A stretch of DNA of 64,000 bases from the NCBI RefSeq assembly GCF_009914755.1, contig NC_060925.1; one strand, written 5' to 3'. The translations under genes were made by a program, and so were the position numbers. The DNA is from the human T2T-CHM13v2.0 reference genome, Homo sapiens. The notes beneath the pieces were generated by a model. That model searched no databases. It was given only the letters and a program-made list of their open reading frames with translations, and had not been told where the DNA came from. Positions 59,082 to 64,000 of this stretch are shown here, piece after piece; within the stretch, counting starts at the first letter, position 1, and each line of letters begins with the position of its first letter.

Positions 59082-59475
59082 ATTTATTTATTTATTTATT
59101 TTGTGAAAAACAGAGACAGAGTCTTGCTCTGTCACCCAGGCTGAAGTGCAGTGGCACTACCATAGCTCACTGCAGCGTTGACCTTTCTACCTTGGAGGCT
59201 ACCTGGGAGGAGCCATGTGATCTCTTCAAGGATACTCCTCCCTGAGGCTCTGGGGGGCTCAAGCCATCCTCCTCCCATGTAACCTTCCATGTAGCTGGGA
59301 TCTCAGGCACGTGCCATCCTGCTGGCTAATTTTTTGATTTTTTTTTTTTTTTTTTGTAGAGATGAGGGCTCACTTGGTTCCCCAGGCTGGTCTTGAACTC
59401 CTAGACTCAAGCAGTCCTCCTCCCTCTGCCTCCCAAAATGCTGGGATTACAGGCATGAGCCACCTGACCTGGCCC
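59082..59475 (-). mobile_element. AluJ with a ~65-bp non-Alu insertion in the right arm
   Basis: TSD aatggg(t/c)attta; foreign segment at about 59186-59253. Confidence 0.8.
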
Positions 59476-59774
59476 CAAATGGGCATTTAACTAGTTTCCC
59501 GTCTCTTGGATTTCTGTGGGCAGATCCTTTGCAAGGATAGCTGTGACAGGATAGCTGATGAAAAGTCCTGTGTCCTTTTGAGAGGCTTGGTCATCTACCC
59601 TGGGAGCTTCATAACATAGAGGTGGAGAAGAATGGCCAGTCCCAATTTACAGATAGACGGGACCCCTGACCATAAATGTATACAATCATGAGATGCCAAT
59701 TAAAAATAGTATTAATTAAAAAGAATGCAAAGAAAAAGGAAAGTGGAGAGGTATAATAAGAAGGGACCTTCTGT

Positions 59775-60056
59775 GGCTGGGCACGGTGGCTCCTGTAATA
59801 CCAACACTTTGGGAGGCCAAGGCTGGTGGATCACCTGAGGTCAGGAGTTCAAGACCAGCCTGGCCAACATAGTGAAACCTCATCTCTACTAAAAATACAA
59901 AAATTAGCTGGGTGTGGTGGCGTATACCTGTAATCCCAACTACTTAGGAGGCTGAGGCAGAATTGCTTGAACCTGGGAGGCACAGGTTGCAGTGAGCTGA
60001 GATTGTGTCACTGCATTCCAGCCTGGGCTACAGAGCGAGACTCCATCTCAAAAATA
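59775..60056 (+). mobile_element. AluSx element
   Basis: TSD aagggaccttctg. Confidence 0.9.
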
Positions 60057-61849
60057 AAGGGACCTTCTGATGTTGAACTGAAATCACAAATACCTGTCTG
60101 TATGAATCTGTGATTTATCTATATATATGTGTACATATAAACACACAGATGGACAGGTGTCAGAATAGATACAGAAGCATGTCTATGTATATGTCTCTTT
60201 AGCAGCTTGTAGAGAAGAAGCTGGGACTTAGTGACATTAGACTGAGGTTTCCAGACTAAGTCCAGAAGCCCTTCTGTTTGACATTACCCAATAGATGGAA
60301 GCCAGGATATAAGATGCTAAATAATTGTAATTTAGGTACAAGGGGTGGAGAGTTTAATGGTAGGGAAGTGAGAAGTGGAGAAAGATTATCACATTATTAC
60401 TAGTTGAGAGGACCAGAGAGGGAAGGTCAGTGGCCCACAGTCACACAGTGCAGGCTGGTGGCAAAACAAAAGCCAGAACTCAGCTTAAAAAAAAAAAAAA
60501 AAGAAAGAAAGAAAGAAGAAAGAAAGAAAATAGAAGAAGCCCCAACTCTCACTATTGATTGTATCTACTTTGTGCTAGGTCGCTGTGTGCTAAGGTGACT
60601 CTTCCCAGCCACCTGAAGGGATAAGTACCTTCATCATCATTTTCAGATGTGGAAGCGGAAGCTCAGCGAGGTTCCAGGGTGCACGCTTGGTTAGTGTGAG
60701 GCCATCATTTGCACCTAAGTCTGACGCCAAAGCTGGTGTTCTCAGCCAACCAGCCCGCCCCCACACTGGCCCAGACACTTGTGAGTTTGTGGAAAGTCAC
60801 ATATGGACCAGGACAGCAGCTACTTTGAGGCCCCAGAGAGCCAGTCAGGGCAGATGGCCAGGCTGGTCGCTGGGTGCCAGTTGTCAGGCCCTCAGCCGTG
60901 TGCAGCCAGGTGTGCAAAGCCTCCATCAACAGGCGGTGCGTTGCCTGGGGAGCTGGCTCACCACCCAGACCTTGGTTTCCCCAAATGTAGACGTTGATTG
61001 ATCCCAAGGTGCTTCCCAACCCCACATTCCTGGCCTCTCTCCCCGAGGGGGCTCAGGGTTGAGGTTTGGTTGGGGGAGAGGCCCGGGCCCCTCCCTTTCC
61101 CCCAAGGTGTGAGCTACCCAGGGAACATGGGGCCGGCTGTCATGGCAACCCTGTGTTGCGAAATGACGTAATCGGAGTTCCAAACGTGTGAAATCAAATA
61201 CAACATCCGCAAACACAGCCTGGGGGTCGGCATGGCAACCGCAGGGCACCGGGACAGGCAGGCACTCTCCGCCCTGAGCAGCCAGCCTGGCTCAGCCACC
61301 TGGGTGGGCAATGAGGGCACACCGTCCCCTCTCCATGCAGGCCCCACCTCCTCCCTCCACTGGGGCCCTCTCCTTTTCTCTCCTCTCCTCCTTCTTCCTC
61401 TTCTCCTTGCTTCTCCGGGAAGCAGTGTGCCAGGTGGTTAAGGAAGTCAGCTCTAGCACCCCAGACAGACCAGGTTTCACGTCCTGCCACCTACCAGTGG
61501 TGAGGTTTTTGGCAATCCGCTTTACCTCTTGAACACTATTCACCTCACCTGAAAAATGGACGTAATAATAAAACTCACCATATAGTTTTGAAGGGGGGCT
61601 GATGACGTGAACATAGGCACCTAGTACTGGTGTGTATTAGATGGGAGCCATTATCCTGCCTTTTCTCATCTTTCTTCCCTGCTGTGGTTCCTTTCCTTGC
61701 CTACCACTCCCAGGGCACCTGCAGGCACCAGAAGTGACAGTGGCTTGCAGCCTGGACCCCCAGGTGATCGGTCAGGCCCTGTAGGGCTTTGCCATGTGAT
61801 CTCATAGGTGGTCCTCTTCTCTATAAAATAGGGGCATGACCCACAGGCC

Positions 61850-61995
61850 ACTGGCATCAGCAACACCTGAGTGCCGGGTAGAAAGTGCAGATTCCTGGAC
61901 TCCTGCCCCCTTATACTTGATTCAGTGGGTCTAGGGTGGGGCCCAGGACACAAGTTCTCCGGGTGAACCTAACCAGACACTCCAGTGTGAGAATC
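61850..61995. mobile_element. MER5-like element
   Basis: gcatcagcaacacctg...tgcagattcctgg...gattcagtgggtctagggtggggcccagga. Confidence 0.6.
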
Positions 61996-62162
61996 CCTGA
62001 ACCAGGTGTTTCCTGTGGCTCATATGGCTGACTCTGATGGGCCTCCAAGACCCAAATTCCTGGCTCTGACTGATTACCTTCCAGGCTCTTTTTATTTTGC
62101 GACGCTGTGGCCACCAGGCCAGGGCAGGCTTTCTCTGGTTTCTATGTCTGTCCCATTCGTTC

Positions 62163-62773
62163 TTTTTTTTGGAGACAAGGTCTTGTTCTGTCACCCAGGC
62201 TTGGAGTGCAGTGGGGTAATCATGGCTCACTGCAGCTTCAACTTCCCCAGCTCAAGTGATTCTCCCGCCTCAGCCTTCTGAGTAGCTGGGACTACAGGCA
62301 CGCTCCACCACACTTGGCTAATTTTTTTCTCTTTTTGAGATGGAGTCTTGCTCTGTTGCCCAGGCTGGAGTGCAGGGGTGCATCTTGGCTCACTGCACCC
62401 TCCCCCTCCCGGGTTCAAGTGATTCTCCTGTCCCAGCCACCTGAGTAGCTGGGACTACAGGCATGTGCCACCACGCCCAGTTACATTTTTTTGTATTTTT
62501 AGTAGAGATGGAGTTTCACCATGTTGGCCAGGCTGGTCTCCAACTCTTGACCTCAAGTGATCAACCTGCCTTTGGCTTCCCAAAGTTCTGGGATTACAGG
62601 CGTGAACCACCATGCCTGGCCTCACCTGGCTAATTTTTATTTATTTATTTTTTTGTAGAGTCGGGGTTCTCGTTATGTTGCCCAGGCTAGTCTCAAACTC
62701 CTGGGCTCAGGTGATCTTCCCATCTTGGCCTCCCAAAGTGCTGGGATCACAGGTGTGAGCCACTGTGCCTGGC
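62163..62773 (-). mobile_element. AluJ split at its middle linker by an AluS (about 62326-62621)
   Basis: Order is J right arm, full AluS, J left arm; TSD cac(t/c)tggctaattttt. Confidence 0.87.
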
Positions 62774-63488
62774 TGTCTCATTCATTCAATCAACAAATGT
62801 TTCTCATGCCAGGCCCTGGGCCACATTCACCTTTCCCACACCAGTGAGGAACAGATGCTGCCCTGTGTGTTTGGGGTGGGGGGTGGCGGGGCTGAGAAGG
62901 TAGAGACAAGTCTGTGACTCAGTTTTTCATGTGTAAAATGGGGATAATGCTTTGATAATGAGTGTCCTGCTACTCTTGAGGTGGCATAGGGCTCTGGCGA
63001 GAGGATGACAAGGACACATTCTCTGGGGACCTGTGGCCTGCCAGGCACTGTGCTAGATGCTTTGTATAGGTAACGCTGGATGCTCCCAGTAACTTTTCAG
63101 GTGGGGGCTATTTCCCTTCATTTTACGCTTGGGAAAATGAGGCTCAGCAGGTGACTTGACTCACCTGAGATCACTCACCACATACCCAGTTTAGGGTTTA
63201 AATCCTTCCCTGGCTCACATTGCCCTTCTAGCCACTGTTCTTCCTCTGCCTCTCCTTTCCCTCTCCCCTCCCCTTCCTCCAGCCCCTTCTCTTCCACTCC
63301 ATTCTCCTTCCTCTTCCTTGTCTATTTTTCATCAAAAGGTCTAGAGTTTTCCGCACGCACTCTTTCCATGTCTGCACTTGCCAGTCGCCCCTTAGTCCTG
63401 AGGTCCGTCTCCCCATCCCGCATCCTTCCACGGTGACCAGGACCTCTGTGAGCAGAACCCAGTGGTTCTGACCTCTTAGTAGCCTTGA

Positions 63489-63865
<377 letters not shown>

Positions 63866-64000
63866 TCTCCTGGGTTTTCTTAATCTTTCCATTTAAAGGA
63901 TTTTTAAAAACCCGAACATTTGTTGAGCACCTGCCTTGTGTCCAGGCTGTGCTAAGGGGGGATATGCGGTGGCCAGACCTTCTGGATCCTTGTCTTCCTG

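Noticed and set aside
60487-60540. A/GAAA-rich tract as a retrocopy tail
   Set aside because: No upstream retro-element body or TSD recognised; treated as a simple repeat.

Overview
Human (hominid) genomic DNA from the WNT4 locus (1p36.12), with the gene on the minus strand. The window holds part of intron 2 (1-5378), coding exon 2 (5379-5614), the 13.0-kb intron 1, coding exon 1 (ATG at 18685), a CpG-island promoter with a (GCG)11 tract, and about 45 kb of upstream intergenic DNA. The upstream DNA is rich in Alu, MIR, L2, L1M, MaLR LTR and hAT fossils; repeat subfamily names are assigned by eye against remembered consensus sequences. Apart from the two WNT4 exons, none of the supplied ORFs is a credible gene. 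I see no new protein-coding system. The most notable features are: (i) a one-mismatch oestrogen response element in intron 1, at the site I recall as rs3820282; (ii) a MER20 and a strong CTCF motif in an Alu-free intron 1; (iii) possible routes to WNT4 lacking a working signal peptide; (iv) several compact enhancer-like motif clusters upstream; (v) a tiny TSD-flanked SVA insertion; (vi) a 31-bp minisatellite with palindromic units; and (vii) three short, non-tandem, direct-orientation local duplications within 42-57 kb that look like templated repair scars.
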